A DNA stretch of 64,000 nucleotides from an uncultured bacterium (GCA_963819815.1 CAWFXL010000001.1:672001-736000), one strand, 5' to 3'. Counted from the stretch's first letter, positions 50,183-60,404 are shown. The notes: generated by a model not told the origin, from the letters alone. Made by a program: numbers and translations.

Positions 50183-52396
50183 ATGAGCTTTAAAGAATTT
50201 TTTGAACAAAACTTAAACCCAGAACAGCAGCAAGTCGTAGAGCCCGAAAAAGGGGTACTTATTGTAACCGCTGGTGCAGGATCGGGAAAAACTCGTGTTA
50301 TTACGGCACGTATGGCCTATCTGATAACACAGCATCACATACCGGCTTCTCAAATTATAGCCCTTACCTTTACCAACAAAGCTGCTAAAGAAATGAAAGA
50401 GCGTATAGCTCGTTTTCTTTCCCATGAGGGGCCCCTTCCCTATGTAGGTACGTTCCATTCTTATTGCCTAAGGATACTCAAAAGCAATACGCATCTTCTG
50501 CCGTTTAAAAGTTTCTCCCTTATGGACGAAGCTGACCAAGAAAAATTAGCTCGCGACCTTATCGCTGAAAAAGGGCTCACTAAAAAGCTTCGGCCAGGCC
50601 AACTGGTCGCTTTTGTTTCTAAGCTGAAGAATGAAGCTACTGATGACCAGGAGCGGGCTAAGCTTTGGGGCGATGATCTTTTCTATAGAGATCTGTATTA
50701 TCTCTATGAAGCTCGTAAGACTGCTGCTCACTGCCTCGATTTTGATGATCTGTTAGTGCATACTCTTGAGCTTTTTAAAAAGAATGAGATCTTTAAAAAA
50801 GTATTCCAAGAGCATGTTCGTCACGTCCTTGTTGATGAATATCAGGATACCAATAAGGTACAACATGCGCTCCTTAAAGAACTGACCAAAGATCAGGGTA
50901 CCTTTTCACTTGACTCTTTATGTGTTGTTGGCGACGAAGATCAATCAATTTACTCATGGCGAGGAGCCACAGTAAGCAATATTATTAATTTTAGCAAAGA
51001 TTTTCCGGCAGCACGTTCGATTACCATTGAGCGTAACTACCGATCAGTTCAGCCGATATTGCATATCGCTAATGAAGTTATTAAACATAATGCCTTTAGA
51101 AATCCAAAACGGCTCTATTCAGGACGTGATGCAGAAGATTCTGTACGCATGCTTACCTGCCAATCTGGTCATCAAGAGGGAGAAGCTGTCGCCCTTTTTC
51201 TTAAAATGCTCCGCGGCCATTCAGGAATAAACTCAGCAGCCATCCTCTACAGGTCCCATTTTCAGTCCCGTTCGCTTGAAGAGGCGCTGATTCGGCATTC
51301 GATTCCCTACAAAATTATGGGCGGCATCCAATTTTATGACCGTCTTGAAATTAAGGATATGCTCGCCTACATGAGGCTTCTCATCAATCCTTACGATAGA
51401 CTTGCCTTTGCACGCGCTATCAATAAACCGAGCCGTGGCCTTGGGGATAAGTTCGAAGATCTCTTTTATGAAACATGGGATATGATGCCTTTTGAAACCT
51501 ATGCAGGCATAGCACAGATGTTACTTCAACAGGGCTCTTTAACTGCCTCAAAACAAGAAGCTCTTAAAGATTTTCTGAAGACATTTGAAGGATTTTCAAG
51601 CACCTCACAACCAAGTAAGGTCCTGAATGCACTTATTGAGAGAACCCGCTATTATGCCTATCTAGATTCTGCCTTTGAAAAAGAAGAAGCAGTAGCCAAA
51701 AAAGAAAACCTCAAGGAGCTTATCAATGGCGTTCTCTTCTTTGAAGAGCGACATGAAGCCACTCTTGATAGCTTCTTACAAGAAGTATCTCTTTTGCAAG
51801 AACAGATGAATGCTCCTGAGGATACGTCTGAGTATGTGAAGCTCATGACGTTTCATGCTGCCAAGGGCCTTGAGTTTGATACGGTAATACTTTCAGGAAT
51901 CGAAGAAGGAATACTACCAAGCGCTCGCTCACTTGGTAACCAAGAATCGCTTGAAGAGGAACGTCGCCTTCTCTATGTAGGCATCACACGGGCTCGAGAA
52001 CGGTTACTTATAACCCGCACAAAGTATCGCTATACGTATGGAACACTCACTGACCAACAACCATCACGTTTTCTAGATGAGATTCCTGAAGGCCACGCCC
52101 CACAGGAAGATGCCTCATATTGGAAAGAATACGAGCTTATACGCTACTTCAATGACTGGTTTTTTCATCGCACTCAACCAGTAGCCCCCAAGAGTAGTGA
52201 CGACTTAAACTATGAGCCTGCATTTCATGAAGAGCTCGAAGAACCCTCCTGGAAGCAATACCAACCAGTCTATCATGCAAAATTCGGGCAAGGGATCATT
52301 GAGAAGATCGAACAGAAGAGCACCTCTACTCATCTTACTATTCGCTTCAAGACAGGCACTAAAAAGCTTGATGCATCCTATATCACCTCTTTATGA
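50183..52396 (+). CDS. uvrD: SF1 ATP-dependent DNA helicase UvrD/PcrA
   Basis: AGAGSGKT, LTFTNKAA, VDEYQD, VGDEDQSIY, NYRS, MTFHAAKGLEF, EERRLLYVGITRA, C-terminal Tudor-like HAKFGQG. Confidence 0.95.
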   Translation: MSFKEFFEQNLNPEQQQVVEPEKGVLIVTAGAGSGKTRVITARMAYLITQHHIPASQIIALTFTNKAAKEMKERIARFLSHEGPLPYVGTFHSYCLRILKSNTHLLPFKSFSLMDEADQEKLARDLIAEKGLTKKLRPGQLVAFVSKLKNEATDDQERAKLWGDDLFYRDLYYLYEARKTAAHCLDFDDLLVHTLELFKKNEIFKKVFQEHVRHVLVDEYQDTNKVQHALLKELTKDQGTFSLDSLCVVGDEDQSIYSWRGATVSNIINFSKDFPAARSITIERNYRSVQPILHIANEVIKHNAFRNPKRLYSGRDAEDSVRMLTCQSGHQEGEAVALFLKMLRGHSGINSAAILYRSHFQSRSLEEALIRHSIPYKIMGGIQFYDRLEIKDMLAYMRLLINPYDRLAFARAINKPSRGLGDKFEDLFYETWDMMPFETYAGIAQMLLQQGSLTASKQEALKDFLKTFEGFSSTSQPSKVLNALIERTRYYAYLDSAFEKEEAVAKKENLKELINGVLFFEERHEATLDSFLQEVSLLQEQMNAPEDTSEYVKLMTFHAAKGLEFDTVILSGIEEGILPSARSLGNQESLEEERRLLYVGITRARERLLITRTKYRYTYGTLTDQQPSRFLDEIPEGHAPQEDASYWKEYELIRYFNDWFFHRTQPVAPKSSDDLNYEPAFHEELEEPSWKQYQPVYHAKFGQGIIEKIEQKSTSTHLTIRFKTGTKKLDASYITSL

Positions 52397-52530
52397 GGGA
52401 TATTGGAGCAAGGAAACACATCCAACAAAAAAGAGCTCTTAACTATTGCTTTTCGAATTTTCAGTAAGGTAGTATAGATCTAACTGAGCTTGAGCCCAGA
52501 AAACAATACCTTACAAAAGGGAGAAATCAT

Positions 52531-54114
52531 ATGAAATTCTTATCTACATCTCTTAGATTACTGTTAATCCTTACGATGTTGGCACCTGCGTTAGCAAAAT
52601 CGGACAAGTGCCATGAAAAAAAAGAAGTCGTAAAATATGTCCAAGGTGGAGCTAATGCTCCTGGTAACGGTACCAAGGAGCATCCTTTTGCCACACTCCA
52701 AGTTGCTCAAAAGGATCCGTCCTGGGACGTGCTTATTGTACTTTCATCAAAAGTCCCACTAACGGATGGCATCATCCTAGCAAACCGCAAACTCATAGGT
52801 GAGGAAAACCCTACCTGTATAACCTTCTCTCCGACGCAACCTACTCTCACAACCTTGGGGGTCACCGTTGTTGGCAATTCGGTCGTTGAAAACCTCTATA
52901 TTAAAGATACCACCGGCTCTGCCATCAATTATGATAAAGCAGAAAACCTTACGGTAAAGAATGTCCTCATCAGTGGTTTTAATAAAGGAAATAGTATTAG
53001 TGTGGCCGGAATTCAAGGCAACTCCTCAAGTCCAGGAGAAACCATAGTTGAACATACTATTATTCGCAACAATAATGGGACAACTGGCATTGGAATTTCT
53101 GACATTCCTGCGAATGTATCTCGGAAATTAACCGTATGCAATTGTACGTTTTCTGCACTTACCACTACAGGTATCACTAGTATTGCAGCTAATCCTACAA
53201 CTTCAGTTCGTGTTATTATTCGAGATTCTTATTTTCATGATTTTAATGCAACCAATGGTACCGGAGTCTCCTGTTCCACTTCCATTGGCGCTCAAGAGAC
53301 TGTACTGATAAAAAACTCTTCATTTAGTAGTATTGCTAGTGCAACTGGTGGTAGCCATATTAGGGCAAACTTAACTGGATCATCAGATTTAAAACTGAAG
53401 ATCGATACCTGCTCATTTGAAGAAAACACCCTATTTGATTCTTCTTCCACAATATTTGTAGGGAACGCAGGATCTACGGGCGAAGTAATTGTAGAAAATT
53501 CAGTATCTACAAATTTGGTCAATTTCTTTGTATCAACTGGATCTGGAGCTAGCATACAAAAAAACAAACTCTGTGGCAACACAGTTACTGGAACCGCCAG
53601 TGTCTTCTATTTACTAACCAATAATGGGAGCTCAAGTCCTCAATCCCCTGTAGAAATAACTGATATCAAAGGAAATCTCTTTACTGGAAGAGAGGTCATT
53701 AACCTCCCAATAGTTAAGCCTTGGACACTCCTTGAGATACATGCGGAGCATAATTGCTTCACGGCTAGTAGTGGTATCTCTAGTGCAGGCTTTTCAGCAC
53801 AACCAGGTAATGCAGGGAACGCAGATATTTTTGCCCATAAAAACTCATTTATTGGGTTCACCACTGATATTTCAGATAGTGGAACCAACATCAATTATCT
53901 GGTGAGCAAAAACTTTTGGGGTCATACTCCCGCAATTCCTTGCACAGGAGGCGTTTGTTCAAGCCCATACCAGGTCTGTAAAAATAATGTGTGCCTCGGC
54001 CCAATAGTCACTGCTCCAGCTCCTCCTTTCATTGGCTTCATTGATGCAAGTGATCCGCTTGAGGAGTCTATTAAATGTCCTAAGAACTTCTGCAATGAAG
54101 ACCTTTGTAAGTAA
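52531..54114 (+). CDS. Exported Cys-rich right-handed beta-helix protein (intact paralog)
   Basis: Signal peptide LAPALA; GNGTKEHPFATL motif; Asn/Ser/Thr/Gly-rich beta repeats; SKNFWG; Cys-rich C-terminus. Confidence 0.82.
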   Translation: MKFLSTSLRLLLILTMLAPALAKSDKCHEKKEVVKYVQGGANAPGNGTKEHPFATLQVAQKDPSWDVLIVLSSKVPLTDGIILANRKLIGEENPTCITFSPTQPTLTTLGVTVVGNSVVENLYIKDTTGSAINYDKAENLTVKNVLISGFNKGNSISVAGIQGNSSSPGETIVEHTIIRNNNGTTGIGISDIPANVSRKLTVCNCTFSALTTTGITSIAANPTTSVRVIIRDSYFHDFNATNGTGVSCSTSIGAQETVLIKNSSFSSIASATGGSHIRANLTGSSDLKLKIDTCSFEENTLFDSSSTIFVGNAGSTGEVIVENSVSTNLVNFFVSTGSGASIQKNKLCGNTVTGTASVFYLLTNNGSSSPQSPVEITDIKGNLFTGREVINLPIVKPWTLLEIHAEHNCFTASSGISSAGFSAQPGNAGNADIFAHKNSFIGFTTDISDSGTNINYLVSKNFWGHTPAIPCTGGVCSSPYQVCKNNVCLGPIVTAPAPPFIGFIDASDPLEESIKCPKNFCNEDLCK

Positions 54115-54424
54115 GACAACCCGCATCTGATACACAATCAAGCTTTCTGGTAAAGAAATACGCCAGAAAGCTTGAATAGAGTGGATAACCATAATGCAAT
54201 AGCAATCAGCTTGGGAGCATTAAGCTCCATAGGAGTAGTAATTCATCCCTCTGATATGCAAAGAACCAAGGGGAGAAAACACTGCTCTTGAAGATAGTAC
54301 CTCGAACCCATCTGATAGAGTGTTACAATATAAAATGATCTGATCAATATATCCAAGAATAAAGCAGCTCTCAGAAAATCTATGCAATTTTTGAATCAAA
54401 ACATTTAAAAGCTAAGCTCCAGAA

Positions 54425-55897
54425 TCATTCTTTTTGAAAAAGGTCTTCAAGATTTACCACTCCTGAAACCATCGCCTCAGCATACAGGGATGGCTTCAAC
54501 CCGCTAGCAGATACAAAAGCGAGAAAGATAAGCTTTTTTGTTTTGGTGCGCTTTTTGAATGCGTCAATTTTCTTGGAAAGTACTTCAGCATACTGCTTAT
54601 CGATGATAAACTCATTCAGGCTATACTTAATTTCGCAAAGAGTAATTGCACCATCATCGCGGTCAAACAATAAATCAACCTGAGCTCCCTGATCCTTTGA
54701 ACCTCGAGCGGGTACGTATCGCCAAGCATAGGGAATTGCCGTAGGACTTAATTGCAAGGCTATGCTTATTTGAGGAATATGCTTATAGCAAAGTGCTTCA
54801 AACGCATACCCAGACCAGCTGCGCCATTGAGCTGAGTTCTGGATGCGCTCCCAATATCCTTTACGCATACCCTTTTCTAAAAGCGTTTCTTGAATCGGCT
54901 CTATCCAATGAAAATAAAAAAGACTATATTCGTCAGTCATCTTATAATAGACACCTCTTCGTGCATGCTTAAACGGCTTAAACCGCTGAATAAAACCGGC
55001 CTCTTCTAAGTCTTCAAGCCAAGAGATTAGTCTGCCACCGCTGGAAATATGTTTGAACTGAGATGCAAGATCCTCTTGACCTATTCCATAATGATGTTGG
55101 GCAATTGTTCTCGCAAGCTCAATATGACCTTCTTGGGACCCAAAAAGCGTCTCATATAAATTAGTAAACTCGCTCATAAGAAAGCTATTTTTTTTGAATG
55201 CTAACCGTTCGATCGTCTGAACTGCAGTAGCACCGGGCTCGATTTGAGACAGATAAAAGGGAATCCCGCCAAGCACCATATATAAGTCAGCTATCTGCCT
55301 CTCATTGAGCTTTATTTTTGCATATGCCAGGTACTCTTTCGTTTGTGCAAGATTGAGTGGCTCCAAGTGAATTCTTTTTGTAACTCGGTTATAGAGGCCA
55401 CCTTTATTATTGATAATATTTTTTACGATCCATCCTGCTGATGATCCGCAAATAATAAGTTTAATCCTACCATCTTGAGACCAGTAATGATTCCAGAAGT
55501 ACTCAAGCATCTGGATTAAGCGTGCATTTGGAGTCACCATCCAGGGAAACTCATCAAAAAAGAGAACTATTTTTTTCTTATTTGATAGCTCGATGTAATC
55601 CGTTAGAAACTTAAAAGCGTCACGCCAATTATCAGGTACTTTTGCACTACCTACTGGAACTCCGAACGCCCGCACAAGTGCTTCAGAAAAACCCGTCAAT
55701 TGTTCTTGAAGACTAGCATCTTTTATACCGGTGATAGAAAAGAAAAGCGCTTCTTTACGATCCTTAAAGGCATTTCGCACAAGGAATGTCTTTCCTACCC
55801 GCCTTCTTCCATAGAGGGCAATAAACTGAGGCGATGGCGAAACGTAGGCTGAATCAAGAATTTTCAGCTCATCTTTGCGACCAACAATACTACTCAT
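54425..55897 (-). CDS. Archaeal-type AAA ATPase (ATPase_2) with wHTH-like middle and C-terminal PD-(D/E)xK-like (DUF234-like) domain
   Basis: IVGRKDE, YGRRRVGKT, FDEFPW, ICGS, GGIPFY, GYAFE, QVDLL...LCEIK. Confidence 0.88.
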   Translation of the reverse strand: MSSIVGRKDELKILDSAYVSPSPQFIALYGRRRVGKTFLVRNAFKDRKEALFFSITGIKDASLQEQLTGFSEALVRAFGVPVGSAKVPDNWRDAFKFLTDYIELSNKKKIVLFFDEFPWMVTPNARLIQMLEYFWNHYWSQDGRIKLIICGSSAGWIVKNIINNKGGLYNRVTKRIHLEPLNLAQTKEYLAYAKIKLNERQIADLYMVLGGIPFYLSQIEPGATAVQTIERLAFKKNSFLMSEFTNLYETLFGSQEGHIELARTIAQHHYGIGQEDLASQFKHISSGGRLISWLEDLEEAGFIQRFKPFKHARRGVYYKMTDEYSLFYFHWIEPIQETLLEKGMRKGYWERIQNSAQWRSWSGYAFEALCYKHIPQISIALQLSPTAIPYAWRYVPARGSKDQGAQVDLLFDRDDGAITLCEIKYSLNEFIIDKQYAEVLSKKIDAFKKRTKTKKLIFLAFVSASGLKPSLYAEAMVSGVVNLEDLFQKE

Positions 55898-55918
55898 ATA
55901 TGCTCCCTCCTTACAATT

Positions 55919-56044
55919 CTGTTCCGCCTCCTTGAAGGATGCCAGAAAAGGCGGAACAAGTCAAAAATTGAGCTGTTCCGCCTCGCTGAACCCACTTTGA
56001 AAAGGCGGAACAGAATCAAATTCGATTTATCCCGCCTCACTGAA
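55919..56044. repeat. 54-bp-period palindromic repeat array over the ATPase promoter
   Basis: CCGCCTC at 55924, 55978, 56032; GAAAAGGCGGAACA at 55945, 55999; minus-strand TTGACT-17-CATCCT inside unit 1. Confidence 0.85.
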
Positions 56045-56128
56045 TGTTAAGTAACAGCATGGTCGACTTACAAATATGCCTTCTAGATGGAAATAAAGAA
56101 CAACGCGCCCACATTAACGAGCTTCAGA

Positions 56129-56533
56129 TTAAAGTTTTTGGCCACCTCTTCTTTCTATTGCTTCATCAATAAAGGTATCGATGATCTTGCTTAGAGAAAT
56201 ATTGCGCTTTGTTGCTTCTTGGATTAGGCGATGATGTCTTTCGGGAGTCGTCCAATACGCTATAGTATCTTTGCAGAAATATCTGTTCGAAGGTTCTGCA
56301 ATAGCGTGGCCTCGACATAAACAAGACTCAACATACAGCGCTAACGCTTCTTGGATAGATTCAAAAGCTTCAGCTATAGAAGAACCATCTGTTACGACTT
56401 GAGGTAACTCATTAATACTCAAGATAAATATTCTACCTGAGTTACTATCAATGTCCTATCCAACAGTATAGGTCCAAGGGAGATTGAGATAGTATGTCAC
56501 ATCCTTAGATGCCGTCTTGATATCCATAAGCAT
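56129..56533 (-). pseudogene. HicB-like antitoxin with in-frame TAG (56456-56458); no HicA neighbour
   Basis: KDVTYYLNLPWTYTVG*DID...INELPQVVTDGSSIAEAFESIQEALALY...EP; C-terminal RHH-like PERHHRL..EA. Confidence 0.7.
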
Positions 56534-56602
56534 TAGATGCCACCTTAAGTAGATCGTCGGTGAGGACTTTTCTTAATGATAACAACCATGTACCCTCATG
56601 CG

Positions 56603-57179
56603 TCAATCAAGAGTCTCTATCTCTTCTAATGGTATACGAGATTCTTGATGTGGTTCATGATGAAACTGATAGGTCTCAATAAATGCGCCCAGTGGTCGAT
56701 GATTGCTTAGGAGCGCCTGAGGATCTTGAAGTAATGTTTCAAAATTTGAGTCAGGAGTAAGGGAAAGCGTTTTCCCGATGACTTTACCATTAGCCAGCTT
56801 CACCCCATCACCAGGTACAATATAGTATCCTTTTTTTGTACCGATGTATCTGATATTCTTTACCCTCTATGGTGAGGTTTTCAGGAAGATACGGACCCTC
56901 CCAATTATGTGGCTCTAATAGATTCATAGATCCTACAACAGACCCTGCAAAAGAACCAACATTGAGAAAGTCGATCAGATCTTTAGGATTGCGAAATGCA
57001 GTTATCTTACATCGATCGTTTATGCGCTTAAAGATATCCCTAAGCTGCACAATATGATCAGCTATAAGCTCATCATTTGCCTTACGAGCTTGCATAAGAT
57101 AGCGAATAATAATTATCCCAGAGCCCGCCACAAAAAGAAGCGCTAGGAAAATCCATGATCGATTATGTTGTGCAACCAT
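56603..57179 (-). CDS. Pseudopilin (GspG-like) protein, single frameshift at ~56846
   Basis: N-terminal TM plus amphipathic helix; NWEGPYL resembles the GspG NWxGPYL motif; YQI/IGTKKGYYIVPGDGVKLANG joins the two ORFs. Confidence 0.55.
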
Positions 57180-57189
57180 ATTTTTCACT

Positions 57190-57474
57190 TCAATGGCATG
57201 ATGAGGAATCACATTTACAGTCTGCTGAATTGCATTTGCAATCAGCTACATTACCCTGACATCGTTTTGAATGGGCTAAATATAAGAAGACAAAACAGAG
57301 CATCGCAGCAAAACCGATCATAACATAGTTAGAGCTAGAAGTAATTGTGACACCCCAGATGGAAATAGGCAGCAGCCCATAAGCCTGAAATCCAATATGA
57401 ACAAGCATATCCCAAAAAGCCGCCCCTGCAAGAAAATACCACAGATCATGTAATGACCAACATTTACACCACAT
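57190..57474 (-). CDS. Small two-TM membrane protein with Cys-rich termini
   Basis: AAGGAG RBS; MWCKCW...; tail CQGNVADCKCNSADCKCDSSSCH. Confidence 0.7.
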   Translation of the reverse strand: MWCKCWSLHDLWYFLAGAAFWDMLVHIGFQAYGLLPISIWGVTITSSSNYVMIGFAAMLCFVFLYLAHSKRCQGNVADCKCNSADCKCDSSSCH

Positions 57475-57554
57475 ATGGACTCCTTTTGATAATAGATGTA
57501 TTAACTTTCAGCGTAAGCATAAAAGAATCTTACGCAAGAAGCAACTCTACTTTG

Positions 57555-59300
57555 TCATGCTTGTGTATTTTTATAGATCCTAGCTAATGCTTGGCTAGAT
57601 TCACCAAATCCCTGATCTGCTAAAAGTTTATGCCTTCTTTTAGCTTCTTCTATATTACCTTCTTGTTCAAATAGAATGGCTAAGCAATATTGCGCGTTAG
57701 CAAATCCTTGTTCTGCTGCAAGCTCAAAAAGTTTTCTCGCTTCGAGTGCATTACCCTCTTGTTCACAAATAATAGCTAGATTGTGTTGAGCATTAGCATC
57801 TCCCTGATCTGCTGCAAGTTCATAGAGTCTTCTCGCTTCGAGCGCATTACCCTCTTGTTCATGTATAACAGCTAAGTTGTATTGAGCGTCAGCATCCCCC
57901 TGCTCCGCTGCAAGTTCATATAACCTTCTCGCCTCTTCTGCGTTGCCCTCTTGTTCATGTATAACAGCTAAATTGTATTGAGCGCTAGCATCCCCCTGAT
58001 CTGCTGCAAGTTCATATAATCTTCTCGCTTCTTCTACATTGCCGTCGTTCTCAAAAATAAGGGCTAAGTTGTATTGAGCTTTAGCAAATCCGTTACCAGC
58101 TGAAAGTTCATAGAGTCTTCTCGCTTCTTCTCCATTACCCTCGTTTTCAAAAATAAGGGCTAAGTTGTATTGAGCATGGGCAACTCCCTTATCAGCAGCA
58201 AGCCTATATACTCTCTTAGCTTCCTCTATGTTACCCTCTTGCTCACATATAATTGCTAAGTTGTATTGAGCATCAGAATCCCCTTGATCTGCCAAAAGTT
58301 CATAGAGTCTTTTCGCTGCTTCTACATTGGCCTCGTTTTCAAAAATAAGGGCTAAGTTGTATTGAGATTTAGAAAATCCCTGGTCTGCTGAAAGTATGTA
58401 TAGTCTTCGTGCTTCTTCAACATTACCCTCGTTTCCGGACATAATCGCTAAATTGTATTGGGCATCAGCGAATCCCTTATCTGCTGCAAGCCTATATATG
58501 CTCTTCGCTTCTTCTAAGTTACCCTCGTTCTCATACATAATCGCTAAGTTGTACTGAGCTTTAGCAAATCCCTTATCTGCTGCAAGCCTAAACAATCTCT
58601 TAGCTTCTTCTATATTACCTTCTTGTACACAAATGACGCCTAAGTTGGTTTGAGCTACAAAATCTCCTTGATCTGCCAAAAGTGTATATAACCTTTTAGC
58701 TTCTTCTACATTACCCTCACTCTCACAGATGACACCTAAGTTACATTGAGCACTAGCATATCCCTGATCTGCTGAAAGCTTATACAATCTTTTAGCTTCT
58801 TCTAAATCACCCTCGTTTTCACGTATAATGGCCAAGTTGTATTGTGCATTAGCAAATCCCTGATCCGCTGCAATCTTAAACAATCTCTCAGCGTCTTCCA
58901 AATTACCTTCTTGTGCACTTATGACACCTAAGTTAGTTAGAGCTGCAGCATGTCCCCGATCTGCTAAAATCTTATATAATCTTTTAGCTTCTTCGACATT
59001 ACCCTCTTGTTCATAGATAGTAGCCAAATTGTATTGTGCCGGAACAAACCTCTGATCAGCTGCAAGTATGTACCAGCTCTTCACTTCTTCTATATCGCCC
59101 TCATTCTCACATATAAGGGCCAAGTTGAATTGGGCATGAGCAGATCCGTGCTCCGCGGCAAGCCGATATACTCTCTTAGCCTCTTCTAGGTTACCCATTT
59201 TTTTATATATAAAGCCTTGAGCTGTCCTTAATAAACGATTCAACACCTTAATCTTTAGAAAAAACCCAACAACAAAAAACTTCACTATTATTCTCGTCAT
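57555..59300 (-). CDS. Sel1-like/TPR repeat protein (~17 tandem 32-aa repeats)
   Basis: Consensus AQYNLAIIxExEGNxEEAKRLYxLAADQGxAx; 96-bp DNA period. Confidence 0.92.
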   Translation of the reverse strand: MTRIIVKFFVVGFFLKIKVLNRLLRTAQGFIYKKMGNLEEAKRVYRLAAEHGSAHAQFNLALICENEGDIEEVKSWYILAADQRFVPAQYNLATIYEQEGNVEEAKRLYKILADRGHAAALTNLGVISAQEGNLEDAERLFKIAADQGFANAQYNLAIIRENEGDLEEAKRLYKLSADQGYASAQCNLGVICESEGNVEEAKRLYTLLADQGDFVAQTNLGVICVQEGNIEEAKRLFRLAADKGFAKAQYNLAIMYENEGNLEEAKSIYRLAADKGFADAQYNLAIMSGNEGNVEEARRLYILSADQGFSKSQYNLALIFENEANVEAAKRLYELLADQGDSDAQYNLAIICEQEGNIEEAKRVYRLAADKGVAHAQYNLALIFENEGNGEEARRLYELSAGNGFAKAQYNLALIFENDGNVEEARRLYELAADQGDASAQYNLAVIHEQEGNAEEARRLYELAAEQGDADAQYNLAVIHEQEGNALEARRLYELAADQGDANAQHNLAIICEQEGNALEARKLFELAAEQGFANAQYCLAILFEQEGNIEEAKRRHKLLADQGFGESSQALARIYKNTQA

Positions 59301-59366
59301 TGTTTGTTTCCATAAAATCTTGATACCATATTAGGAATAACTATCACCGGAAGCCAAATCATACCA

Positions 59367-60404
59367 CTAAAAATAATCTAATCTCATTACCTGACGCACT
59401 TCACGCATAGTATGCTCCGCTGCCTGACGGGTCTTTTCAGTACCTTCCTTCAAAACTGAGAGCACATAGTTTTTGTCTTTTTTAAAATGCTCTCTACGCT
59501 CTCTGATAGGTCCAATAATTCCTTCAAGAACTTCAATGAGCCGCTTTTTAAGCACTACATCTCCAAGTCCACCTCGCTGGTAGTGCGCTTTCAATTCTTC
59601 AACCTCCAGGACACGCGGATCAAATACGTCAAGGTACGCAAATACCGTATTGCCTTCCACTTTACCCGGATCGGTCACCTTCAGATGTGTAGGGTCGGTA
59701 TACATGCTCATCACTTTTTTTGCTATTACATCTGGAGAGTCAGAAAGATAGATAGCATTCCCTAAAGACTTGCTCATTTTAGCCTGGCCATCAGTACCTG
59801 GTAATCGGGAAACCTTAGGGACTAGTGCTTTTGCTTCAACGAGAATATCAGTATGATAGACTCGATTAAAGCTCCGCACAATCTCATTGGTCTGTTCGAT
59901 CATCGGAAGTTGGTCTTCACCAACGGGCACTACATCAGCTTTAATAAACGTAATGTCAGCAGCCTGACTAATCGGATAGCACAAGAAGCCCGCGTTAAGC
60001 TTTTCACCAAACCCCTTCTGAAAAATTTCCGTCTTTACGGTTGGATTACGCTGCAGCCGAGCAATGGTCACTAAATTCATATAATAAATAGTAAGCTCAG
60101 CAATTTCGGGGATCATCGACTGAATAAAGATGGCTGATTTGTTCGGATCGATGCCAACAGCTAGATAATCATACGCTACTTCAAGAACATTTTCTCGCAC
60201 CTTCTCAGGCGTATCAAAATTGTCAGTCAATGCCTGAACATCTGCAACAATGATATATTGTTTATGGGTATCTTGTAGGACAAGCCGATTCAGAAGAGAG
60301 CCAACATAATGGCCAAGATGCAGGGGTCCTGTAGGTCGGTCACCGGTCAACACTATCGGAATATGTGAAGTTTTTTTTGCAGCACTTTCTGCGTTTGAGC
60401 TCAT
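59367..60404 (-). CDS. trpS: Tryptophan--tRNA ligase
   Basis: [34 protein letters not shown]. Confidence 0.96.
   Translation of the reverse strand: MSSNAESAAKKTSHIPIVLTGDRPTGPLHLGHYVGSLLNRLVLQDTHKQYIIVADVQALTDNFDTPEKVRENVLEVAYDYLAVGIDPNKSAIFIQSMIPEIAELTIYYMNLVTIARLQRNPTVKTEIFQKGFGEKLNAGFLCYPISQAADITFIKADVVPVGEDQLPMIEQTNEIVRSFNRVYHTDILVEAKALVPKVSRLPGTDGQAKMSKSLGNAIYLSDSPDVIAKKVMSMYTDPTHLKVTDPGKVEGNTVFAYLDVFDPRVLEVEELKAHYQRGGLGDVVLKKRLIEVLEGIIGPIRERREHFKKDKNYVLSVLKEGTEKTRQAAEHTMREVRQVMRLDYF

Noticed and set aside
55919..56044. CRISPR array interpretation of the 54-bp repeats
   Set aside because: Only about 2.5 units, the variable parts are short and partly conserved, and there are no cas genes in the window
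56456..56458. Pyrrolysine or amber recoding in hicB
   Set aside because: No pyl genes in the window, and TAG terminates many normal genes here
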